Made by a program: the position numbers and the translations under genes. Shown here in pieces: positions 36,497 through 45,008 of a stretch of DNA of 64,000 nt. Where the stretch lies: positions 6,253-70,252 of the forward strand of contig JAUMBF010000092.1 of the NCBI GenBank assembly GCA_032115875.1. The letters are read 5' to 3'. This stretch comes from Rubrivivax sp. (lineage in GTDB: Bacteria; Pseudomonadota; Gammaproteobacteria; Burkholderiales; Burkholderiaceae_C). Each line of letters opens with the position of its first letter. Position 1 is the first letter of the stretch. The notes beneath the pieces were generated by a model. The model was not told the DNA's origin. It did not search any database and worked only from the letters and a program-made list of their open reading frames with translations.

Positions 36497-38040
36497 GCAC
36501 AAGCCCCTCGGGCGCGGGCACCGCACTCGTCATCGGCAGCGGTTTCGGCGGCCTGGCAGCGGCCATTCGGCTGAGCGTGCGCGGCTGGCGCGTGCAGGTG
36601 CTCGAACGCCTGCCGCAGCCGGGCGGCCGCGCCCGCGTGCACCAGCAGGACGGCTTCCGGTTCGATGCCGGCCCCACCATCATCACGGTGCCGCACCTGT
36701 TCGAGGAGCTGTGGGCGCTGGCGGGACGGCGCCTGGCCGACGACGTCACGCTCAAGCCGCTGAATCCTTACTACCGCGTGCGCTTTGATGATGGCCGCTG
36801 GTTTGACTACAGCGGCGACAACGCGGCGATGCGCGCGGAGGTGGCACGCTTCGACCCGTCGGACCTGCCCGGTTTCGACGCCCTGGCGAGGGAGGCCGAC
36901 ACCTGCTACCACGAGGGCTTCGAGAAGCTCGGCTCGGTGGCCTTCGACAGCGTCGCGCAGCTGCTCGTGGCGGTGCCGAACATGATCCGCATGAGGGGCT
37001 GGCAAACCATCTGGCAGATGGTTTGCCGGCACCTGAAGAACCCCTACCTGCGCGTCGTGTTCAGCTTTCACCCGTTGCTGATCGGCGGCAACCCGCTGAA
37101 GGTGACGGGCAGCTATGCGTTGATCCACACGCTGGAGCGCCGCTTCGGCGTGCACTGGGCCATGGGCGGCACCGGCGCGCTGGTGCGCGCGATGGTCCAG
37201 CTGCTGGCCGACCGTGGCGTGCCGGTGCGCTGCGACGCCGACGTCAAGCGCATCCTGGTCGAGAACGGCCGCGCCGCGGGGGTGCAACTGCAGAACGGGG
37301 AACGCCTGGCGGCCGACATCGTCGTGAGCAACGCCGATGCCGCCTGGACCTACAAGCACCTGGTCCCGGACGCCCGCCGACGGACCTGGACCGACCGCAA
37401 GCTCGCGCGAGCCAGGTACTCGATGAGTCTGTTCGTCTGGTACTTCGGCACCAAGCGCCGCTACGACGACGTGCCGCATCACCAGATGATCCTCGGCCCG
37501 CGCTACGAAGGCCTGCTGACCGACATCTTCCTCAAGCACAAGCTCACCGAGGACTTCAGCCTCTATCTCCACCGCCCGAGCGCCAGCGACGACAGCGTCG
37601 CACCGCCCGGACAGGATTGTTTCTACGCGCTGTCACCGGTGCCTCACCTGGACAGTGGCGTCGACTGGACCACCGAATCCGAGGTCTACCGCCAGCGTGT
37701 GCAACGGCGCCTGGAGCAGACCGTGTTGCCCGGTCTGGGCCAGCACATCGTGAGTTCCCGCGTGACGACGCCGCAGCAGTTCCACGACGATTTGCTGTCT
37801 TACAAGGGCGCCGCCTTCGGCATGGAGCCGCGGCTGCTGCAGAGCGCCTGGTTCCGCCCGCACAACCGCAGCGAAGACCTACCGGGGCTGTACCTCGTGG
37901 GTGCGGGCACGCATCCGGGTGCGGGGGTGCCGGGCGTGCTGATGTCGGCCAAGGCGCTCGAGACGGTGTTGCCCCCGCTGCCGGTGACGGCCGCGGCAGC
38001 GCCGCGCCCGCTGTCCAGCGCCGGCGTGGTGGCGCGATGA
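36493..38040 (+). CDS. crtI: Phytoene desaturase
   Basis: IGSGFGG, FDAGPTIIT, FHPLLIGGNP, QSAWFRPHN, GTHPGAGVPGV. Confidence 0.95.
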   Translation: MSTSPSGAGTALVIGSGFGGLAAAIRLSVRGWRVQVLERLPQPGGRARVHQQDGFRFDAGPTIITVPHLFEELWALAGRRLADDVTLKPLNPYYRVRFDDGRWFDYSGDNAAMRAEVARFDPSDLPGFDALAREADTCYHEGFEKLGSVAFDSVAQLLVAVPNMIRMRGWQTIWQMVCRHLKNPYLRVVFSFHPLLIGGNPLKVTGSYALIHTLERRFGVHWAMGGTGALVRAMVQLLADRGVPVRCDADVKRILVENGRAAGVQLQNGERLAADIVVSNADAAWTYKHLVPDARRRTWTDRKLARARYSMSLFVWYFGTKRRYDDVPHHQMILGPRYEGLLTDIFLKHKLTEDFSLYLHRPSASDDSVAPPGQDCFYALSPVPHLDSGVDWTTESEVYRQRVQRRLEQTVLPGLGQHIVSSRVTTPQQFHDDLLSYKGAAFGMEPRLLQSAWFRPHNRSEDLPGLYLVGAGTHPGAGVPGVLMSAKALETVLPPLPVTAAAAPRPLSSAGVVAR

Positions 38041-39074
38041 GCAGCACCGTGATGCCAGCTGCCGCCTCGGGCGACGCGGCGTTGCGAGCCTGCCGAACGC
38101 TGATGCGCGGCGGCTCGAAGTCCTTCTTCACCGCGTCGCTGTTGCTGCCGGCGCGTGTGCGCGGGCCCGCGACGGGGCTGTACGCGTTTTGCCGCGTCGC
38201 CGACGACGCCATCGACGGCAGCACCGAGCCAGAGCGGGCGATCGGACAGCTGCGCCAGCGGCTGGATGCCATCTATGGCGGCCGCCCCGGCCCCGAACTG
38301 GCCGATCGAGCCCTGAGCTGCGTGGTTCAGCGCTGCGAGATTCCACGCACGCTGCTCGACGCGCTGCTCGAGGGCTTCGCGTGGGACGTGGCCGGCCGCC
38401 GCTACGAGACCATCGACGACGTGCATGCGTATGGCGCGCGCGTGGCCGGCACCGTGGGCGCGATGATGGCACTGGTGATGGAAACCCGCAGCGCGCCTGC
38501 GCTGGCGCGCGCCTGCGAACTGGGCGTGGCGATGCAACTCACCAACATCGCGCGTGACGTCGGCGAGGACGCGGGCCTTGGCCGCCTGTACCTGCCCGCG
38601 CAGTGGATGCGCGAGGAAGGCCTCGATCCTGACGCCTGGCTCGCTCGGCCTGCCTTCGACCAGCGGCTTGCGCGCGTGGTGCGGCGGCTCGTCGATGAGG
38701 CTGAGCGGCTTTATCAACGTGCCGAGTGCGGGGTGCCGGCACTGCCGCGCGACTGCCGCCCTGGCATCCAGGCCGCGCGGCTGGTGTACGGCGAAATCGG
38801 CCAGGCCCTGGCGCGAGCCGGCCTTGACTCGGTGAACCAGCGCACCGTGGTCCCTCGCCGCCGACAGCTGGCCCTCGTGGCGCGCTCCATGCTGGCCAGC
38901 CTGGTACCGCCGGGCCACCCGCTGACGGCCGGCGGCACGGTGCCGCCACTGCCGGCGGTCCGCTTCCTGGTCGACGCCGCCGCCGACGACCAGCTGCCGG
39001 CTCGCACGTTCTACCAGCGCACGCTGCGCGTGCTGGCACTGCTGGAGCGCCAGGCGCAGCGCGAGCTGGCCTGA
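38037..39074 (+). CDS. crtB: Phytoene synthase
   Basis: GSKSF, FCRVADD, VAGTVG, MQLTNIARDVGED, GRLYLP. Confidence 0.95.
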   Translation: MSSTVMPAAASGDAALRACRTLMRGGSKSFFTASLLLPARVRGPATGLYAFCRVADDAIDGSTEPERAIGQLRQRLDAIYGGRPGPELADRALSCVVQRCEIPRTLLDALLEGFAWDVAGRRYETIDDVHAYGARVAGTVGAMMALVMETRSAPALARACELGVAMQLTNIARDVGEDAGLGRLYLPAQWMREEGLDPDAWLARPAFDQRLARVVRRLVDEAERLYQRAECGVPALPRDCRPGIQAARLVYGEIGQALARAGLDSVNQRTVVPRRRQLALVARSMLASLVPPGHPLTAGGTVPPLPAVRFLVDAAADDQLPARTFYQRTLRVLALLERQAQRELA

Positions 39075-39093
39075 CGGGCCAAAGGACTGCCCC

Positions 39094-39324
39094 GTGTCCA
39101 CCGCCCCTGCATCACCGGGCCGCTCGCCCTGGCTTGTTGGCGCCACCGTGCTGGCCTACCTGGCCAGCGCCGTCGCCGGCTTCATGCTGGGTTTTGGCTT
39201 CGTTCAGAACGCGAGCGGCGGAACCCTCCTCGGCCTTGCAGCCGGCCTCAACGGCGCCCTGTTCTGCACGCTGATTGCAGACGGGCTGCTGACGCGACTG
39301 CTTGGACGGCGGTCCCGCCGCTGA
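39094..39324 (+). CDS. Small two-TM Gly-rich membrane protein
   Basis: 76 aa, GTG start after AAGGA, 19 bp after crtB, two hydrophobic helices, basic tail. Confidence 0.65.
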   Translation: MSTAPASPGRSPWLVGATVLAYLASAVAGFMLGFGFVQNASGGTLLGLAAGLNGALFCTLIADGLLTRLLGRRSRR

Positions 39325-39390
39325 CCACAGCCACCAAGACAAGCGGCCGCGCTGCTGCGCGGCCGCCAGGGCTCGGGCGTCGACCGACGT

Positions 39391-39510
39391 TCAGGCGTCG
39401 GTCGTCTTGCGCTTCTGGTCGTACTTGCGGTTCGACTTCTTGAACTGGCCGCCGAGCCAGAAGGCAAAGACGATGAACCAGGTGATGAGCAGCAGGTGGT
39501 GGACTTCCAT
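39391..39510 (-). CDS. 39-aa single-TM protein after pucC
   Basis: MEVHHLLLITWFIVFAFWLGGQFKKSNRKYDQKRKTTDA; GGAG RBS; GC3-rich codons. Confidence 0.6.
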   Translation of the reverse strand: MEVHHLLLITWFIVFAFWLGGQFKKSNRKYDQKRKTTDA

Positions 39511-39538
39511 CGTGGGAGCTCCGGTCGGCCTTGAGGCC

Positions 39539-41017
39539 TCAAGAGGGGGTTGAAGAAGGGGTGCCCTGCGGGAACGAGGCACCGCCGGAGGCCTGGGATC
39601 GGACGCCGACCAGCGGCTTCATCACCCAGACGGTGGCGATCAACAACACGATCTCGATCGCATAGACGACAGCATAGCCGCTCGCGGCACCGCGCAGCGC
39701 CCCGGCGCCGAAGACCCCAGGCCCCCAGGCGAGGACCGCGTCCCGCAGCAAGCCGCCGGCAGCCACGGCGACGCCGGCCGCCGTGGCCTGCACCGCCCCC
39801 CAGGCCCCCAGGGCGAGGCCGGCATGCTCCCGCGGCGCGCGGTTCATGGTCAGAGTCAGGGTGCCGTGGGCGAACAGGCCGCCGCCAAAGCCGATGCCGA
39901 TCACCCCCAGCACGAACAGGCCGACGGATTGCGTCAGCGCCGCCGCCAGCACCGCACCGAAGGCGGGCACGCCGAGCAACGCCCCAAGCAGGGCCATGCC
40001 GGCGGGGTCGAAGGACCGGCCGCGCCCACCCAGAGCCACCGGCCAGCCACGGGAGAGCAGCCGCGACGCGAGCGTGAAGCCGGCCAGGCACCCCGAGGCA
40101 AACGCCGCAGTCAGCCAGGTGGTCTGGCCCACGCTCATCCCCAGCACCTGGCCGCCATAGGGCTCCAGCAGCACGTCCTGCATCGCGAACCCCATCGTGC
40201 CCAATCCGATGACGCACAAGCGTCGGCGCGTGCCGCTTTGCGCGGCGTAGCCCCGCCAAGCCTGGCGGAAGTCAGGCTCCGGTTCGGGGTCTCGCAGGCG
40301 GCTGCGACCGATCGATTCCTGCTTCCACAGCGCCACAGTGTTCAGCACCAGCGTCACCAGCGCGCAGGCCTGGATGACCTGCACCAGACGGCCGGGCGAG
40401 AAGTCGGCCAGCACGGACCCGAAGGCGAACGCGCTGACGATCGTTCCCAGCAGCAGCATGACGTACATCAGGCCCACGACCTTGGGATGGTCGTCCACGG
40501 GTGCGAGGTCGGTGGCCAGCGCAAGGCCCGCGGTCTGCACCGTGTGGACTCCGGCGCCCATGAGCAGGAAGGCCACGGCCGCACCGGCCGGGCCCAGCCA
40601 CGAGGGCCACTGTGCCGAATCGCCCTGTCCGGCCAGCACCAGCAGCGCGAAGGGCATCACCGCCAAGCCGCCGAACTGCAGCATCGTGCCCATCCAGATG
40701 TAGGGCACGCGGCGCCAGCCCAAAGCGCTGCGGTGGTGATCGGACTTGAATCCGATCAGGGCCCGCACCGGCGCGTACAGCACCGGCAGCGCCACCATCA
40801 ACGCCACGAGTCCCGCGCTGACGCCGAGCTCGACGATCAGCACACGGTTCAGCGCGCCCACCAGCAGAGCCAAGGCCATGCCCACGCTCACCTGGAACAG
40901 CGACAGCCGCAGCAGTCGCGACAGCGGCAGGGTCGCGCTCGCGGCGTCGGCAAAGGGCAGGAAGCGCGGGCCCAACTCGGCCCAGCTGTGCAACAGGCGA
41001 CGGCTGAAAGGGCTCAT
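39539..41017 (-). CDS. pucC: LH2 assembly protein PucC
   Basis: FLPFADAAS, LFQVSVGM, SALGWRRVPY, MQDVLLEPYGG; downstream of pucBA. Confidence 0.92.
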   Translation of the reverse strand: MSPFSRRLLHSWAELGPRFLPFADAASATLPLSRLLRLSLFQVSVGMALALLVGALNRVLIVELGVSAGLVALMVALPVLYAPVRALIGFKSDHHRSALGWRRVPYIWMGTMLQFGGLAVMPFALLVLAGQGDSAQWPSWLGPAGAAVAFLLMGAGVHTVQTAGLALATDLAPVDDHPKVVGLMYVMLLLGTIVSAFAFGSVLADFSPGRLVQVIQACALVTLVLNTVALWKQESIGRSRLRDPEPEPDFRQAWRGYAAQSGTRRRLCVIGLGTMGFAMQDVLLEPYGGQVLGMSVGQTTWLTAAFASGCLAGFTLASRLLSRGWPVALGGRGRSFDPAGMALLGALLGVPAFGAVLAAALTQSVGLFVLGVIGIGFGGGLFAHGTLTLTMNRAPREHAGLALGAWGAVQATAAGVAVAAGGLLRDAVLAWGPGVFGAGALRGAASGYAVVYAIEIVLLIATVWVMKPLVGVRSQASGGASFPQGTPSSTPS

Positions 41018-41053
41018 GGGCGCTGGCGGAGGAAGCAGTGGTGGACGACGACA

Positions 41054-41117
41054 GCGCTCTTCCCATGGGCGCGGGCCACGCGCATCGGAAGAGCGCCCGG
41101 CAGGCAGGCCTGCCGGG
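41054..41117 (-). terminator. Two stem-loops between pucA and pucC (attenuator / mRNA stability element)
   Basis: CCCGGCAGGC-AG-GCCTGCCGGG (41096-41117) and GCGCTCTTCC...GGAAGAGCGC (41054-41096). Confidence 0.6.
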
Positions 41118-41135
41118 ACGTCTCGATCACCGCCT

Positions 41136-41351
41136 CTACTGCTTGGCAGTGGGTGGCGCTGCCACCGCGGTGGACGTCGGCGTGGTCGCCATCGCCGTGG
41201 CGGTGCCCTTGCCCTCCAGGAACTTCTTCACCCACGTGGTGTTCGTGACCAGCATGTAGTGCACGCTGAACGAACCAATGGCCACCGCGCCGAGGAACAG
41301 CGGGATGCCCACCGTCGGCTTGACCACGAGCCAGAGCTTTCCGTAGATCAT
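41136..41351 (-). CDS. pucA: LH2 alpha polypeptide
   Basis: GKLWLVVKPTVGIPLFLGAV, His31, TNTTW, Ala/Thr/Pro tail; AAGGAG RBS. Confidence 0.93.
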   Translation of the reverse strand: MIYGKLWLVVKPTVGIPLFLGAVAIGSFSVHYMLVTNTTWVKKFLEGKGTATAMATTPTSTAVAAPPTAKQ

Positions 41352-41367
41352 GTTGGCTCCTTCGTAC

Positions 41368-41529
41368 TTACTTCAGCCAGGGGGAGTAGATGTACGCAAA
41401 CAGGTGCGCGAGAGCGGCGATGAAGCCGAAGATCTGCGTGCCCTGAATGAGGTGCTTGTGGATCTCCTCCGACTGCTCTTCGGTCAGGCCGGTCGGCCAG
41501 ACCTTGTCGGATCCGGTTGCGTCTGCCAT
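41368..41529 (-). CDS. pucB: LH2 beta polypeptide (not in ORF track)
   Basis: Manual translation MADATGSDKVWPTGLTEEQSEEIHKHLIQGTQIFGFIAALAHLFAYIYSPWLK; AAGGAG RBS. Confidence 0.95.
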   Translation of the reverse strand: MADATGSDKVWPTGLTEEQSEEIHKHLIQGTQIFGFIAALAHLFAYIYSPWLK

Positions 41530-41615
41530 GTCTTCTCCTTGTGTGGGAGCACTGCGAACTCGTGCAAAACCTGCACGCGGGTATCGAACAGCCGTGCCTG
41601 GGATGGGTAGGCTGC

Positions 41616-41659
41616 TGTCATTGTGACCTTACAGTTTGTCAAGTCAAGTCGTATTGACA
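41616..41659. promoter_or_regulatory. Tandem PpsR boxes at the pucB promoter
   Basis: TGT-N12-ACA (41616-41633) and AGT-N12-ACA (41642-41659), 8 bp apart. Confidence 0.85.
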
Positions 41660-41705
41660 ATGTGACGCCGGATTGCGTCGGCTGCGCCCCACGCTGCCGT
41701 CATCC

Positions 41706-42917
41706 TCAGCGCCGCCTTGGCATGCGGAAAGGCAGCAAGGCCTGCACCCAGGGCGCAGCAAAACGACTGGCCGACAGCGTCTCGTGCACCCCGGTGGCCT
41801 CGTGACCCTCCAGCTGGGTACGCACCAGCGTGCGCGCATAGAACGGCGTGTCCTCGAGCGTGCACGCCACGCGCGCGATGGCCTCGCTGCGCAACCGACG
41901 GCCGATGCGCCAGCCGGTGGCAGGAAGGCCGTGGCGGGGCGGCAGAGCGAGCGCCGCGATGCGCCCGTCGGGATGAAAGCGCCGCGCGATGTGGCGCTCG
42001 CCGCCCTGGCGCAGCCCCACGTCATAAACGACCGCACAACTGCCATCGGGCAGCGGCACGCGCATCCAGTCCCAGGTCGTGAAGGGCTCGCTGATCGGCT
42101 CGTCGCCCTCGTTGCTGTCGAGGTAGGCGCTGCCCTGCCAACGCAGGCCTGGGCGATCAAACGCCACATCCACGCGGGCGCACGGTGCGATGGGCCCCCA
42201 GCGGTGGCGGCCGGCTCCGTCCAGCGGCGCGACGAAGTCCACCAGGGCCTGCGGCCGCACGACGACCCGCCCCCGCACCGGTCGCGGCAGCGGCGTGCCG
42301 ATCTCGTCGATGTCAACCACCAGGGCGCCGTCCGACCAGGCCATGCGACTCGGGCCAAGCTCGAACTCCGTGGCGCTGCGCCGCACATGGCGCGCGGCGC
42401 GCTCGGTCATCGTCCAGCGGCCCAGGCCGCCGCCGTACAGGCAGACGTTGAGCGCGCAGTGGTCATCGGCCCTCGCCCGCCCCTGCTGCCAGGCGCGGCG
42501 GTAGTAGGGAGAAAACACGCTCCCCACGAACCCGATCAGCGTCAGGGCGTGGCGGCCGTCGTCGCTGAGCGCATCGACGTACCACCAGCAATATGCACCC
42601 GGCTCGACCGCTGTGTCGAACCGAGGTGTGCCATCAGCGTGGCGGCCGCGAGCCGGCCCGACATGGCCGCCATCGGCACCCCCGGCCCCGGGTGCACGCT
42701 CCCCCCCGCCAGGTACAGGCCCGGCAACGCCGTGGCCGCCGCCGCGCGGCGGAACAGTGCCATCCAGCCGTGCGTCGACGGACCGTAGAGCGCCCCGCCC
42801 GTGGCCGGAAAGAGCCGGTGAAAGTCCGCCGGTGTGCGGCGTATCACCTGGCTTGGGTGGTCGATCTGCAGCGTCAGGCCGCAACGGCGCAGCAGGTCCA
42901 GACTGCGGGCTTGACAT
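41706..42917 (-). CDS. crtC: Carotenoid 1,2-hydratase (start uncertain; overlaps crtD)
   Basis: WWYVDALSDDG, VGSVFSPYY, RWTMTER, WGPIAP, YLDSNEGDEP, EDTPFYAR, LPFRMPR. Confidence 0.92.
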   Translation of the reverse strand: MSSPQSGPAAPLRPDAADRPPKPGDTPHTGGLSPALSGHGRGALRSVDARLDGTVPPRGGGHGVAGPVPGGGERAPGAGGADGGHVGPARGRHADGTPRFDTAVEPGAYCWWYVDALSDDGRHALTLIGFVGSVFSPYYRRAWQQGRARADDHCALNVCLYGGGLGRWTMTERAARHVRRSATEFELGPSRMAWSDGALVVDIDEIGTPLPRPVRGRVVVRPQALVDFVAPLDGAGRHRWGPIAPCARVDVAFDRPGLRWQGSAYLDSNEGDEPISEPFTTWDWMRVPLPDGSCAVVYDVGLRQGGERHIARRFHPDGRIAALALPPRHGLPATGWRIGRRLRSEAIARVACTLEDTPFYARTLVRTQLEGHEATGVHETLSASRFAAPWVQALLPFRMPRRR

Positions 42918-44119
42918 GCCTCGGTCTCCGGGTCGTCAAAGGAACGGCGGTCGCCGTCGGGAGGAGCGTTCACCAGCATCAGGAGCCGCTCGGGCGCCCC
43001 ATCCACCGCGGGCAGGGGGCCGCCGTCCAGACGGTCCTGCGCGCACAGGTAGACCGTGCCGCGGCGCGGCAGGCGGCGGGCGCGGAACACGTCATCGAAC
43101 TCGCTGGCGTAGTCGCTGTCGAAGAAGACGTTGTGCCGGGCCAGGCCAAAGCCGGTCGTGCGCAAGCGCATCGCCCAGGTCACGGCTGACAGCGTGCGCG
43201 CCATCGGCGGCGCGGGCTGCGGCGCCACGCCGGGCAGGCCCTGCAGCATCGGCGCCAAGGCGCTGGCATCGCCATTGAACACCACCGCGTTGCAGGCCAA
43301 AGCCTCGCCATCGGCCAGCCGCACCCCGCTGACATGGCCCTGCTGGTGCTCGATGGCCTGCACGCGAGCACCGTAACGCAGCCGCGCGCCGCGTGCCTGG
43401 GCCAGCCTGGCCAGCGAGGCCGCCAGCGCCGCCATGCCACCCTGCACGGCCCACACACCCTCCTGCTCGACGTGCGCCACCAGCATCAGCGTGGCCGGCG
43501 CGCCCCAGGGCGAAGCGCCACAGTACGTGGCGTAGCGCCCGAACAGCTGGCGCAGCCTGTCGTCGCGGAACTCCCGCTGCAGCGCCGTGGCGAGGCTGGC
43601 CAGCGGCCCCAACGCGGTGAGCGTGGCCAGCCCGCGCGGGCCGAGGTCGCGGATCATCTGCAGCACGCCGGGCTTGCCGCTGCGGATGTGCGGCCGCTCG
43701 AGTTGGGCGTAGACGCCTGCAGCGCGCTCGCAGAACGCGAGGTAGGCGCGGCCTTCTGCGAGGCCGGCGAAGACCGCGATGGCGTCGGCGGAGCGCACGC
43801 GGTCGGCGTAGAGGTCGAGCCGGCTGTCACCCTGGGCCCAGGCGTGGCGCGCCAGCACCGACAGCGGTTGCAGGGGCGGCAGCGCCTCGTCCACCGAGCT
43901 GCCGACGTCGGCCAGCAGCTCGTCGAACACCCAGCGCATCGTGAACACCGTGGGCCCGGCGTCGAGCAAGCTGCCGTCCACCTGGACCGGGCGCATCTTG
44001 CCGCCGGGGCCGTCGCTGGCCTCGAGCAGCGTCACATCGAGCCCGCGCGTGGCCAGCAGCAGCGCGCTGACCAGCCCGCCGACACCGGCTCCGACGACGA
44101 CAACACGCGTCTCAGGCAT
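42542..44119 (-). CDS. crtD: 1-hydroxycarotenoid 3,4-desaturase
   Basis: VVGAGVGG, DAGPTVFTMRWVF, QLFGRYATYCG, GGSVHPGPGVPMA. Confidence 0.94.
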   Translation of the reverse strand: MPETRVVVVGAGVGGLVSALLLATRGLDVTLLEASDGPGGKMRPVQVDGSLLDAGPTVFTMRWVFDELLADVGSSVDEALPPLQPLSVLARHAWAQGDSRLDLYADRVRSADAIAVFAGLAEGRAYLAFCERAAGVYAQLERPHIRSGKPGVLQMIRDLGPRGLATLTALGPLASLATALQREFRDDRLRQLFGRYATYCGASPWGAPATLMLVAHVEQEGVWAVQGGMAALAASLARLAQARGARLRYGARVQAIEHQQGHVSGVRLADGEALACNAVVFNGDASALAPMLQGLPGVAPQPAPPMARTLSAVTWAMRLRTTGFGLARHNVFFDSDYASEFDDVFRARRLPRRGTVYLCAQDRLDGGPLPAVDGAPERLLMLVNAPPDGDRRSFDDPETEACQARSLDLLRRCGLTLQIDHPSQVIRRTPADFHRLFPATGGALYGPSTHGWMALFRRAAAATALPGLYLAGGSVHPGPGVPMAAMSGRLAAATLMAHLGSTQRSSRVHIAGGTSMRSATTAATP

Positions 44120-44972
44120 CGGCGCACGCCGCGGCATCGGGCCGCCCGAGGTCGAAGCGGGCGCCGGCCCAGTGGCCCTGCATCCACAGCGGCACGAAGC
44201 GGACAAACATCCATTCCGAGAAGTAACCCTCGCGGGTCGAGGCCTCGATGGCTCGCTGATGCGCACCCGTGCGCGCGTAGGCGTTCATCGCCGCGGCGTC
44301 GTCCCACAGGCTCAGCGTGGCCTGGCGAACGACCGGTGCTTCGCCCAGGCCGACCGCGAGCCGGCAGCCCGGCGCCGCAGCCAGCGCGGCCTCGGAGGGC
44401 GGCGAGTGACGCCAGAAGCGCAGCGCCCGCGTCGGCCGGATGGAGGCACGGGTAAGCGCCACGAGCGGCTCGCCAGGGCCGGGCGAGGTTGCGATGGCTC
44501 GCATGGCTTGGCCGCCCCAGCGACCTCGCGCTGACGAGGCCTGCAGCACCGCCACCAGGCACTGCTCGGCGCGGTCCCGGTAGGTGGCCACGCGCGGCGA
44601 GCGCCACACGCAGCGCATCGCGTCGTCGACGTCGTCGAACATCATGAACACGCCCTGGTGGTCGAGCCCGGGGCGCAGGCCGAAGCCACCCCCGCGGCCG
44701 CTGCCGAGCACGCGCACGAAGCGCAAGCCCGGCTCGGCCTGCCAGGCCAGACCGCCGCGGACGAGCTGGCCCACAGCCCAGGGCACGTCGCCGCTGCGCA
44801 GGCGGGCCAACACCACGACGGCCAGACCCGGATCCGGCCGCGGCCCATGCGGCTGGGCGGCTGAGAACGCCCCGGCACCGGTCCATGGCCCAAGCGCGGG
44901 CGCGTTGCCATCGTCGGCTTCGCGCGGCAGCGCCAGCGCCCCCCAACCCCTGGGCGACCGTTTTGCGGTCAT
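44112..44972 (-). CDS. crtA: Spheroidene monooxygenase
   Basis: VLGSGRGGGFG, LTRASIRP, GLGEAP, GAHQRAI, FSEWMFVRF. Confidence 0.88.
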   Translation of the reverse strand: MTAKRSPRGWGALALPREADDGNAPALGPWTGAGAFSAAQPHGPRPDPGLAVVVLARLRSGDVPWAVGQLVRGGLAWQAEPGLRFVRVLGSGRGGGFGLRPGLDHQGVFMMFDDVDDAMRCVWRSPRVATYRDRAEQCLVAVLQASSARGRWGGQAMRAIATSPGPGEPLVALTRASIRPTRALRFWRHSPPSEAALAAAPGCRLAVGLGEAPVVRQATLSLWDDAAAMNAYARTGAHQRAIEASTREGYFSEWMFVRFVPLWMQGHWAGARFDLGRPDAAACADA

Positions 44973-45008
44973 GCCGGGCTCGCGGGCGCCATCGACGGCG
45001 GTGCCGGG

